Virus record (IMG/VR): IMGVR_UViG_3300009181_000259
Location: 1 to 29,037 of that record
Reading direction: 5' to 3' (one strand)
DNA: 29,037 bases
Origin: a virus
Lineage: Duplodnaviria; Caudoviricetes
The position numbers were made by a program, and so were the translations under genes. Of the stretch, positions 11,020 to 19,683 are shown in pieces. The notes below the pieces were generated by a model. That model saw nothing but the letters and a program-made list of their open reading frames with translations, was not told the origin of the DNA and searched no databases. How positions within the stretch are numbered: position 1 is the stretch's first letter; the number at the start of each line of letters is the position of its first letter.

Positions 11020-11505
11020 ATGTCTAAAATTTCTCTCCCAGTAATTGTCGCAACTCGCAAATGTGGTTCTTGCAGTAAATGCTGTGAGGGATGGCTTGAG
11101 GCAACAATATACGATAAAAAAATGCACCATGGTCAACCTTGTTTCTTTCTTGAAAAAGGAGAAGGAGGTTGCACCATTTATGCAGATCGACCAAAGAATC
11201 CTTGCGTTGATTATACCTGTGCTTGGCTGGATGACCCAGAAACTTTCCCAACGTGGCTCAAGCCAAACTTATCAAATGTCATTATTACAGAAAAAAAGAT
11301 TGATAATTCAGACCTAACTTATTATGAGATTGTAGAAGCTGGTGCTAGGTTAGATGCGGCAGTTCTGCAATGGATTTTCATGTGGGCTCTAAAAACACAA
11401 ACCAGCATTATGTATCAGCTTGACGGCAAGTTCCATACCTTGGCAACTCCGCAGCTTGATGCGGCAATAGCTGCCGTAATAACTGAGAAGAATAAAAAAA
11501 TATAA
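11020..11505 (+). CDS. YkgJ-like Cys-cluster (CxxCxxCC) protein
   Basis: CGSCSKCC...PCFFL...GCTIYADRP..PCVDYTC. Confidence 0.85.
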   Translation: MSKISLPVIVATRKCGSCSKCCEGWLEATIYDKKMHHGQPCFFLEKGEGGCTIYADRPKNPCVDYTCAWLDDPETFPTWLKPNLSNVIITEKKIDNSDLTYYEIVEAGARLDAAVLQWIFMWALKTQTSIMYQLDGKFHTLATPQLDAAIAAVITEKNKKI

Positions 11506-11554
11506 AAGCATTATACTTATTACCAACCTTAATAAAAGGTTGGAGGATATAATC

Positions 11555-12021
11555 ATGGCAGTTTCAACAACAATCGACACAACACTAGGGTCGTTTCAAC
11601 AGTGGTAGATTCAGCAGCCACCGTTGCTATTAATGGTGCAATAGCAGTAAACCAGAACGCAAGCAATACTGGATTCTCACCATATTCACTAACAGCAAGA
11701 AACAAATTGGATAGCGCAACACTCACTCTTTTAGATGCTGGTCTTGTCACTGTTTCAAAAGGTTCAGCTGCCACAATCGTGATGCCGCTGGCCTCTGCGG
11801 TTCCAGGAGCTATGTTTGTCGTTCGCACAACTACTACTGCCGGTCACATTCTAACTGGCTCACAAGAAACCAACGGAACACGTGTTTTCTCTAACGGAAC
11901 AAGCAACGGATCACGTGCAACATTGGCAGCTGTCATTGGTAGTTCTGTTTCTATTCTTTCTGACGGTAAAAACTTCCTAGTGCTAGGTAACAGTGGTTCA
12001 GTAACCATTGATGGCACCTGA
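11555..12021 (+). CDS. Probable virion structural protein with a -1 frameshift at 11588-11590
   Basis: ATG 11555 with GGAGG RBS gives MAVSTTIDTTLG, matching MAISTTIDSTLG of the 10506 gene. The paralogous VVSTVV continues in the -1 frame (ORF 11602..12021). Confidence 0.75.
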
Positions 12022-12048
12022 TAGAAAATTTTAATTAAATTAATTTTC

Positions 12049-12078
12049 CTCCTGATAGTTATCAAAAACTATCAGGAG
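12049..12078 (+). promoter_or_regulatory. RBS-sequestering hairpin upstream of the endolysin
   Basis: Perfect 12-bp stem CTCCTGATAGTT / AACTATCAGGAG; the 3' arm contains the AGGAG SD. Confidence 0.8.
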
Positions 12079-12084
12079 TATTTC

Positions 12085-12900
12085 ATGTCCATTATTATCA
12101 ACGAGCAAAAGCTCAACATCCCAAACGTCAAAACAGTTTCTTGGTTAGATCCCGAAGCACAAGTTATTGGACTAAAAGAAGTCTCACATAAAAGCAAACG
12201 CAACACATGGCTTCGTGGTATTGTGTGTCATACCATTCATGGCAAGCTTGGTAAACTACTTCCCGGCCTAGGTCCAGATACAAGCATTGATATCGCCAAT
12301 GCACGATATCAAGCCAACACAACAAAGCAGGTATCGTGGGATTACACCTGTGATTTAAATGGCGATTGGTTAATCCAAAACGATCCAACCAAGTTCTATA
12401 CTTGGCAAGCAACAAGTGTAAACGGATATACTTGTGGTTTTGAGTTGGTTCAACAAGACAATGGTGATCTCTATGAAGGGCAGATTGCCAAAGCTGTAGA
12501 GTTTATTGACTTCCTAACAGCCAAGCTTGGTATTCAACGTCAAATTCCTTGGGATATGAAAAACAACTGTCCTTACAAAAAGACTGTTAATCGTATTGCT
12601 GGATCTAATAATGCCAAAGATGTTGTGGGAGTTATGGGGCACTATCATCAAACGACAAATCGTGGGCAAGGAGATCCAGGGCCTTATTTACAACAAGCTC
12701 TAAGAAAAGCTGGCTATTTGCCGTTTAACTATGATAATGATGATGACAAGGTTTTTTGGAAAGATAAACAAAAAAATATTCTTGGATTTAGCGATTCCGA
12801 AGCTGATGGCGTCCCTGGACCAAAAACAGTCGAATCTCTAAAGACAAAAGGCTATAAGCACGGTATTTTTATAAAAAGACCAATAGATGATCTAATATAG
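12085..12900 (+). CDS. N-acetylmuramoyl-L-alanine amidase (Amidase_2 type) endolysin with C-terminal peptidoglycan-binding motif
   Basis: IVCHT, VSWDY, TWQA..VNGYTCGFE, VMGH....RGQGDPG; ADGVPGPKT. Confidence 0.85.
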   Translation: MSIIINEQKLNIPNVKTVSWLDPEAQVIGLKEVSHKSKRNTWLRGIVCHTIHGKLGKLLPGLGPDTSIDIANARYQANTTKQVSWDYTCDLNGDWLIQNDPTKFYTWQATSVNGYTCGFELVQQDNGDLYEGQIAKAVEFIDFLTAKLGIQRQIPWDMKNNCPYKKTVNRIAGSNNAKDVVGVMGHYHQTTNRGQGDPGPYLQQALRKAGYLPFNYDNDDDKVFWKDKQKNILGFSDSEADGVPGPKTVESLKTKGYKHGIFIKRPIDDLI

Positions 12901-12916
12901 TATTTAGGAGATTTAT

Positions 12917-13153
12917 ATGAAAATTTGGGCAAGTGTCGAAAAAAGCTATCACAAACGTAAGGATGGTTATTATCAAGAGCTAATAACCCATTATGTTCAT
13001 TTCCAAGATCCATCTGGAAACACTCAGACTAAATTAGACAGAACAGAATTTGGTAAAGTATTTGTTGAAAACAATACTCACAATAGCTTTGATGGCATGG
13101 TAATTATTAAAGAAAACGGTGCAGATAAGCGTCTACTGGTTGTAGAAAAATAA
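12917..13153 (+). CDS. Hypothetical protein (78 aa)
   Basis: AGGAG RBS. Confidence 0.8.
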   Translation: MKIWASVEKSYHKRKDGYYQELITHYVHFQDPSGNTQTKLDRTEFGKVFVENNTHNSFDGMVIIKENGADKRLLVVEK

Positions 13154-13158
13154 TGATA

Positions 13159-13476
13159 TCAGCCAAGGATTAATTTTTTGGCTGATTTTTCTTCTGTTGT
13201 TACGATTTTACTATCTTCAATTTTATCTTTACATTCGCTAATTACTTTAACGATTTTTAGCATACTATCACGATTTTCTAGTTCTAAAGCTAAGAGATAA
13301 ATGACGTAAAGTTTCATTCTTTGCGATACGCCAAATTCGTTAATTGTTTTAACGATCCCTCTACAGGTTAAGCGTTTTTCTTTTGAGAGTTTTGTTTCAA
13401 TGTAATTTGGAACAACATAAGCCTCTCCTTCTTTGGTCTCTGATTCATCTGTTAACATGCTATCAATTTCGCTCAT
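13159..13476 (-). CDS. Hypothetical protein (105 aa)
   Basis: GGAGG RBS, ATGA overlap. Confidence 0.85.
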   Translation of the reverse strand: MSEIDSMLTDESETKEGEAYVVPNYIETKLSKEKRLTCRGIVKTINEFGVSQRMKLYVIYLLALELENRDSMLKIVKVISECKDKIEDSKIVTTEEKSAKKLILG

Positions 13477-13931
13477 ATATCCTCCGTTGAAAAGCTATCA
13501 ATTTTCCACAATGTTTTTCCGATTAAAAGTAAATATTTACCAAATCTTTCGCCATTTTCCTCTTCTTTATGAAGTATCACTGGCTTGCCCCATTGTTCAT
13601 TTTCATATAGAAATTTAATTTCTTGCCATGTTGGTAGATCGATTGTATACTTGCTTAAAATATCGTTAAGCTTTTCTGGCAATGTTGTTTTGATCTCTTC
13701 GGCGTCTGGCAATGTTGGTGCGGATTCACGTTTAAGTTTTTCTGATTTACCAATCTCTATTATTTTATGAATACCGCCGCAATTATTACATTTTGCATAG
13801 GATGGCTTAAATGATTCATCATCATTTATCACACTAAAAACTATGAATTTATGGAACACTGTTGGCTCAATAAGTTCAAATTGTTTCAAAATGCAGTTGC
13901 ATTCAATAAGATGTTTAATGCAGGTAGGCAT
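13473..13931 (-). CDS. Hypothetical protein with Zn-binding motifs (CxC; CxxCxxxH)
   Basis: HLIECNC and AKCNNCGGIH. Confidence 0.8.
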   Translation of the reverse strand: MPTCIKHLIECNCILKQFELIEPTVFHKFIVFSVINDDESFKPSYAKCNNCGGIHKIIEIGKSEKLKRESAPTLPDAEEIKTTLPEKLNDILSKYTIDLPTWQEIKFLYENEQWGKPVILHKEEENGERFGKYLLLIGKTLWKIDSFSTEDI

Positions 13932-13985
13932 GAGATATCACCGTTGATAAAAGAAAAACAATAGATAAAAAACCAAAAAAGGTTC

Positions 13986-14384
13986 TTAGAGTGAAAAAGA
14001 AACTGGTTTTCTTTTTTTTGATGTTGTGGCGGTTGTTGCTGGTGCCGTTTGAACTGATGGCTGTGCCGTTTGAACTGTAGTAGTCACTGGAACCTTTCCG
14101 CCAACGGCTTTTGGGCTTACTGTAGGGCTTGAATCACCAGTGTAGCCATCGAGTTCTTTTTTGATATTTGAATGAAAAGTATCAATTTGAGTCATTTCCA
14201 ATTCAGTAATAACGACTTGCATCGTTTTAAGTAGATGAGTTAGAACATCTAAATCAATTGGAAGATTGTTTCTACGAACATATACTTGTAGTTTATCAAA
14301 GGCTCCTTCTGAAATTCCTTGAACCAGTCGATGTACTTCACGTTCAATTTTTGTATCTAGCTGAACTCTGTTTTGATCACTCAT
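13986..14384 (-). CDS. Hypothetical protein with Thr/Pro-rich tail (132 aa)
   Basis: GAGG RBS; 15-bp direct repeat at 14042-14056 and 14063-14077 encoding VQTA twice. Confidence 0.8.
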   Translation of the reverse strand: MSDQNRVQLDTKIEREVHRLVQGISEGAFDKLQVYVRRNNLPIDLDVLTHLLKTMQVVITELEMTQIDTFHSNIKKELDGYTGDSSPTVSPKAVGGKVPVTTTVQTAQPSVQTAPATTATTSKKRKPVSFSL

Positions 14385-14439
14385 TATATTACCTCTATTG
14401 AATTTATTATTTTAGAAAAACAATAAATGTATTGTGTTT

Positions 14440-14922
14440 TCAGCCTTTGCTATGTTTATTTGCTATACCGCTAGCCACGAAGCTCCAAGGTTTTATATAA
14501 CATTCAAAGCCAGAAGCCGTAACATATCCTTTTAGCTGATCAGAAAACATAGACGTAAGTTCTCCAGACTCTGGTGGTGATGCGTCTACATGTATCAATG
14601 GAATTAATCCTGTAGTTTCCTGAATTTGATTGCTCAGTTCAATAGCAATACTAGTTTCATGAAACATTCTTGCCTTGACCCTGTTAGGATAGTTGCCTTT
14701 AAACTCCTTCTTATGCTGTTCTGTGGTCGTGTAATAGTAAAAACCACCTCTCCCCGGTTTATACAAACAGGCGACCGCAATGAAGCGATAAACGTGTTTG
14801 TGAAGGTGTGAATCTACACCCACGATAAGTTGCTTTTCTTTATCCGTTAAAGACTCAGAAATCCATTTATATAGTTCGCCTTCTTCAACCGCATTGCCAT
14901 CGGCATCTTTCCAAATTCTCAT
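14440..14922 (-). CDS. RNase H-like YkuK (DUF458) family protein
   Basis: LIVGVDS, GRGG, RMFHETSIAIELS, IHVD, IKPWSFVASGIAN. Confidence 0.85.
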   Translation of the reverse strand: MRIWKDADGNAVEEGELYKWISESLTDKEKQLIVGVDSHLHKHVYRFIAVACLYKPGRGGFYYYTTTEQHKKEFKGNYPNRVKARMFHETSIAIELSNQIQETTGLIPLIHVDASPPESGELTSMFSDQLKGYVTASGFECYIKPWSFVASGIANKHSKG

Positions 14923-15029
14923 TTTTAGCCTTTAAGGTTATATTAGATTGGTTTTTGTCAAATGACAATTTTTACGAATAGCAAGTTTAAATTTTACAAA
15001 GTGCTTGAGATAATTGACTCAGGATTATA

Positions 15030-15920
15030 TTATTTTTTATATTTTCTTTGACAGGCTTTACAATGCGCTCTTTTACCATCCTTAGTTCCTGTTTTTTTAT
15101 TAAAAAGAGATAACGATTTCTCTTCTTTGCATTGTGAACATTGTTTGGTGTTAGAATCTAAGGCTACTTCAAGCATAGGATCATCTACTCGTTTCCAACC
15201 TTTGTGAGTTTTTCTTTCACCAGACAAAAGAAATCTTAAACCAGCCACTGATAAACCATGAGTTTTTGCGAAATCTGTCAATCCTATAATTTTTTCATAT
15301 ATTTTGCCGATTGGAGATATTAATCTTACCTCATATATTGCTTTGCGTTTGTCGATCCATTGCCTTGGCATTTTTTTACCATAGTGCCAATGCTTTATAC
15401 CGATTCTGCCTTCGCTTATTTTTTTCTTGGTTTGATCAGAATGTTTTTTGCCTTTTAAACCGTAATTTGGATTATTTTTTGCATTTTCAATTATTTTTGC
15501 CTTGTGCTCATCCGATAATATTTTTCCTAAATTTGATTGACTTATTTTAAAACGTGTTTCTTCACTCTTAGAATAATTACCGTCACACTCTAAGTCCATG
15601 TTATACAGATTAAATCCATTAGTTGCGTAAAAATGTAACCAATAAAGTTCTCTTTTGTTTCTATCCTGCTGTGTTGAATTCGGTAAAATCTCCAAAATCC
15701 TAAACTCCAGAAAATCATCGTGACCAAGTTCTTTTTTACATTTATTGTAATCGGCTAACAAGAATCTATTACCGTGCCTGCCTCGGATAAGTGAATTCTT
15801 ATGCCCAGCCCATCTGCTTTTCGGCTTAACGGTTTGGCCAATGTAACTTCTTTGAGAATGTAGGTTTTTTATCTCATAAATTGAAGGTATTTTTGATGAG
15901 TTTTCATATAAAAAAATCAT
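15030..15920 (-). CDS. GIY-YIG homing endonuclease with NUMOD3 repeats and C-terminal Zn ribbon
   Basis: SIYEIKN..RSYIGQT, RW..H, KSEETRFKIS, HSDQTKKKIS, CSQC...CKAC. Confidence 0.88.
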   Translation of the reverse strand: MIFLYENSSKIPSIYEIKNLHSQRSYIGQTVKPKSRWAGHKNSLIRGRHGNRFLLADYNKCKKELGHDDFLEFRILEILPNSTQQDRNKRELYWLHFYATNGFNLYNMDLECDGNYSKSEETRFKISQSNLGKILSDEHKAKIIENAKNNPNYGLKGKKHSDQTKKKISEGRIGIKHWHYGKKMPRQWIDKRKAIYEVRLISPIGKIYEKIIGLTDFAKTHGLSVAGLRFLLSGERKTHKGWKRVDDPMLEVALDSNTKQCSQCKEEKSLSLFNKKTGTKDGKRAHCKACQRKYKK

Positions 15921-15943
15921 AATTGTTTTTTTAATATTTTTAA

Positions 15944-16642
15944 TTATCTAAGTTTCTGCCAAGTGTTTGGTTTTTGTTTTGTTTCTACTAAGAAATTTGT
16001 TGTAATATAATTGCATAGATAGTTTCTACACATGGGTGGCCTTTGATCGTAGATGCTGCATTTATACGTTAAAGGGTTCATAAATTTACATGCGTATCTG
16101 GGGCCTAGCACTTGGAATCTAAGAAATGGATAAGCATCTTCTTGTTGAAAGATATTGTTGTTGCCTGTTTCTTTGAACAATGTTTCTCCTATAATTTTAC
16201 CTTCTTCATAGTCTATGACTATATCTTGGCGAGAAAAATTTATGCCTTTTTTCCTAAACCACTTTACGATATCTTCTACCCAGTGTTCGCCTTTTTCTTT
16301 ATCGATTGGCCCAAGAACGTGTTCTAGATCATATGGATCTAATTGACAGCAACCACCTTTAACTCCTTCGTGTCCGCAGCAATTACCCAAACATGTTTCT
16401 AATGCGACCTCATCTGTAAATTTTCTTCGTTCTGACAATGGTTTTGGTGGCCATTCTTCTGGTTTATTTAAATTTAAAATAGGTAAATAATATCTGTCGT
16501 TTGGTGTTTTTTCAACGTTCTCATTTTTTTCATCAATATTTTTTATTTTTTTAGTAGATGAATTACCGCTGGATTGGTTTGATTTTTTATCTAGGGCAAT
16601 TAATTCTTCGATACTAATTGTTTTATTTTGTTTTATTTCCAT
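15944..16642 (-). CDS. YkgJ-like Cys-cluster protein (232 aa)
   Basis: CLGNCC...GCC; CKFMN....CSIYDQRPPMCRNYLC. Confidence 0.8.
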   Translation of the reverse strand: MEIKQNKTISIEELIALDKKSNQSSGNSSTKKIKNIDEKNENVEKTPNDRYYLPILNLNKPEEWPPKPLSERRKFTDEVALETCLGNCCGHEGVKGGCCQLDPYDLEHVLGPIDKEKGEHWVEDIVKWFRKKGINFSRQDIVIDYEEGKIIGETLFKETGNNNIFQQEDAYPFLRFQVLGPRYACKFMNPLTYKCSIYDQRPPMCRNYLCNYITTNFLVETKQKPNTWQKLR

Positions 16643-16728
16643 ATTACAGTAGTATACGATAATTTTTAGAAATTTAAATTCTTTTACTGATAGATTGCTA
16701 TTTATGGATCAAACGGAGCAACGTATAT

Positions 16729-17325
16729 ATGAGCAATTTACAGGAGTTATATAAAAAATTTCAAGGAAATCGTCTTTTAGAAGCAAGAACAACACTACTA
16801 GAAAAAGGTGTTTATCCATTTGAAATATTTTTAAAAGAGCACGCAGAGACAATTCACGCTAGTGAACAAATTGTTAAATTAGAGGAAGTAGCTAGTCTTT
16901 ACAAAAATTATGTACCAACTTTATACATGCTTGTAAAACAAAGCACGGATGTTTTACTGGAATCTAATATCCAGGCCCAGTCAGTTAAATCTTCCATGAC
17001 AAATTACGCATTCATTTGTGAATCTATTGGAACTTGCGTAAAACAAGCTGCTGTTATGTTTAAAGAAAAACATGATAATCAAAAAACAATTCATAGCATT
17101 TATGGTAAAAACGCTGTAGATCTTTTGGAATTTTGCTTTAAAAAATCTAAAGCCTATAAATTGCTCGAAGGAAATGCAGATCCTGTAATAAGAAATCTTT
17201 CACGTGAGCTTTCTGGATTGAGTATTGAAAATCTAAATAACCTTTGCGAGTCCGTTCCGGCAATGAAACTTTACGTTTCAAATTCAACCCATAAAGAGCT
17301 AGCTATTTCTTTGCTAGTAAGCTGA
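16729..17325 (+). CDS. Hypothetical protein, possible head core/internal protein (198 aa)
   Basis: GGAG RBS, CTATTTA motif, many L/I-x-E motifs. Confidence 0.8.
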   Translation: MSNLQELYKKFQGNRLLEARTTLLEKGVYPFEIFLKEHAETIHASEQIVKLEEVASLYKNYVPTLYMLVKQSTDVLLESNIQAQSVKSSMTNYAFICESIGTCVKQAAVMFKEKHDNQKTIHSIYGKNAVDLLEFCFKKSKAYKLLEGNADPVIRNLSRELSGLSIENLNNLCESVPAMKLYVSNSTHKELAISLLVS

Positions 17326-18693
17326 TTCATCCTCTAAGATCGCACCAGATGCAGTGAAGTATGATGCTGCCATATTGGCAGCGAAGTTACTTGCAAGATA
17401 CAATGATATGCTTGATATATTAATCGATGCACTTCCATGGGTCATGGAATGATGTGTTTTTTTCCATTCTGGATTTAATTTATTGATATTTATTTTTTCT
17501 GGTTGGCAAAAACCATAAGTGTATATTGATCTACATGCTCTTATCGCATTATCAATTTTTCCTTTAAATTTATTTGCGTCTTTTTTTGCTATGCTTATTT
17601 TCACTATGTGAGCAAGTAAATTCTGAATTCTTTTCGTTGTCAAATCAGATAAATCACTTATTGAAGTATTTTCTTCTTGAGATTTACGACGACCTTGTAG
17701 ATATTGTAAATGCCCTAAAACATTTGATCTTGTTTTATTATTATGGATAGTGATAACATCATTAGTTAAGGATATTTTTTCCACTGTCGGTAGTGAATCA
17801 TAATTTACAAATGTAAGCATTTCGCCTTTCAGAGAGCTAACGATATCACATCCACTAACAACTGCCATGTCGTTTAGTAGGTTTAGCGCCTCTAAGGATT
17901 GCTCAAGCCTTACTGGCATTATATCAAAATTTCCCCTAGTATTATTTGAATGTAAAGTTGCAATAATCTCTTCTGAGAATCCTTGTGCAATAATAAGTAA
18001 AGGAATTTTTGTTTCGAATGATTTCGATAAAATTTTATCTAGTTCCGATACTTTATCGACAAGCCCATCTACTAATAAAATTTTTAAATTTGAACGTGTC
18101 CACGTGCCAAAAGAAGGCATAAATCCTTTAAATGGATTTATTTTAAAATTATATCCAAATTGCAAATCAATTATTGTATTCGGTAATTCATGCTCTTCGA
18201 CTACTATATTTCCTTCAATACCCGCTAGATTAGTTGCCTCTTTAACAATACTTGATATTATTTTATCTTGAGTTATTGAATCGATTAGGTTTTCAATTTC
18301 TAAAGCGGAAGCAGGCTTGCATACCTTTAATATCTCCAGAAGATACTTCTGCCCTTCTATTTGGTTATCTTCCACCAATCCAGAATATGTTATATTTTCT
18401 TTTTTTGAATATTCTTTAGCAAAACTCAAGAAAGCTTTTAAGAAATAAAAACTAGATCCTTGACATTTGATTTCTAGCTGAAAACAAGTATTAAGTAATT
18501 CATTAAATAAAATTTTCTCAGCTTTGTCTTTTCCTGTCATGAGGCTAGCAATGAGCTGGTACGAATTTTTCTGTAAATAATTATTCTCGCTACTTATGGC
18601 TAATTGGACTTTATCTAGGTTCTGCTCAAGATTTTCCAAGCTTTTGATAAATTTTTTTTCTACGCTATTTTTATCGATAAAATCGTTATACAT
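17314..18693 (-). CDS. Divergent GroEL/Cpn60-like chaperonin with degenerate ATP site
   Basis: AGIEGNIVVEE, GYNF, ILLVDGLV..VSEL..IL, PLLIIAQGFSEE, LNDMAVVSG match the GroEL intermediate/apical domains; no GDGTT. Confidence 0.8.
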   Translation of the reverse strand: MYNDFIDKNSVEKKFIKSLENLEQNLDKVQLAISSENNYLQKNSYQLIASLMTGKDKAEKILFNELLNTCFQLEIKCQGSSFYFLKAFLSFAKEYSKKENITYSGLVEDNQIEGQKYLLEILKVCKPASALEIENLIDSITQDKIISSIVKEATNLAGIEGNIVVEEHELPNTIIDLQFGYNFKINPFKGFMPSFGTWTRSNLKILLVDGLVDKVSELDKILSKSFETKIPLLIIAQGFSEEIIATLHSNNTRGNFDIMPVRLEQSLEALNLLNDMAVVSGCDIVSSLKGEMLTFVNYDSLPTVEKISLTNDVITIHNNKTRSNVLGHLQYLQGRRKSQEENTSISDLSDLTTKRIQNLLAHIVKISIAKKDANKFKGKIDNAIRACRSIYTYGFCQPEKININKLNPEWKKTHHSMTHGSASINISSISLYLASNFAANMAASYFTASGAILEDESAY

Positions 18694-18742
18694 TTTATGA
18701 AACCCTTTTGTTTTTATATATTTATATCAGTGAGGTGAAGTA

Positions 18743-19198
18743 ATGGCTAACAGTAGTGATAGGGAATTATTAGAAGTAATAGCAAAAAAGCTAGCTGACT
18801 CCAAAGCTTTAAATGGCGGGTTTGATAAACTTTGCCTCATGATTGAGCACATCCAGGAAAAACAGAATGAATCTGGTATTAAATTAGATAAAGTATCAGA
18901 AGCTCTTTATGATCCTGATAATGGTTTATTTTCTAGGGTCAAGGATATCGAGCAAAAGATCGATGGCAATATGAATGAAATTGAAAAAAAAATTGAAATT
19001 GTGCCAGATGTAAAAACTGATATCCATGATTTAAAAAAATTCCAAAAAACAATCGAAGAGATTTGCGGCAATCAATTAAATGAACTATCAGAGTTAGTAA
19101 AATTACGTAAAAATCTCTCAACAATATACTGGGGATTTGCCGCTACAATTATCCTCGGAATAGGAAAATTGCTTTTTGACCTATCAAAACACCAATAA
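18743..19198 (+). CDS. Coiled-coil protein with C-terminal TM helix
   Basis: GAGG RBS; IYWGFAATIILGIGKLLF. Confidence 0.8.
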   Translation: MANSSDRELLEVIAKKLADSKALNGGFDKLCLMIEHIQEKQNESGIKLDKVSEALYDPDNGLFSRVKDIEQKIDGNMNEIEKKIEIVPDVKTDIHDLKKFQKTIEEICGNQLNELSELVKLRKNLSTIYWGFAATIILGIGKLLFDLSKHQ

Positions 19199-19276
19199 TA
19201 GCCATAAACCATTATACATACATTACTTTGTCTTTATTATATAAATTAAACCACTTAGGAATAAGGAGTAATAGAA

Positions 19277-19570
19277 ATGAGTGATACAAGAATGGTATTA
19301 GATGTTTGGTCAGAATTTAAATTGGTAGTTGAATCCCTTGAAGGCGATGTGCATAAGAATGCAACAAAGGGTAATCTTTCAGCCGGTGTTCGTGTTCGTA
19401 AAACTGTCCGTAAGCTCCGTGCCCTTGGCGCAGAACTAATCAAGGCAACACTCGAAGCCCGTGAAGAAGTAAAAGCAGCTACCCAAACAGCCCCAGCCAA
19501 AGAACCAGTAGTTAAAGCATCTGTCTCGGCAGAAAAAACAGCAAAAAAGAAGAGCAAAGCAAAGGGCTGA
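19277..19570 (+). CDS. Histone H1-like (Hc1 family) nucleoid protein
   Basis: KGNLSAGVRVRK..RKLR core (cf. GNKAAGTRARK), K/A-rich tail, TAAGGAG RBS. Confidence 0.75.
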   Translation: MSDTRMVLDVWSEFKLVVESLEGDVHKNATKGNLSAGVRVRKTVRKLRALGAELIKATLEAREEVKAATQTAPAKEPVVKASVSAEKTAKKKSKAKG

Positions 19571-19600
19571 GTATTTTCTAAAAGATAAAATTTTCTTAAC

Positions 19601-19634
19601 ACAAAGGGCAGCAAAAACTGCCCTTTGTTATTTT
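19601..19634 (+). terminator. Rho-independent terminator
   Basis: ACAAAGGGCAG-caaaaa-CTGCCCTTTGT followed by TATTTT. Confidence 0.85.
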
Positions 19635-19683
19635 ACGAATATAGTTATTTACAACCCGTACAAAGGGACAAAAAAAGGTTTCA

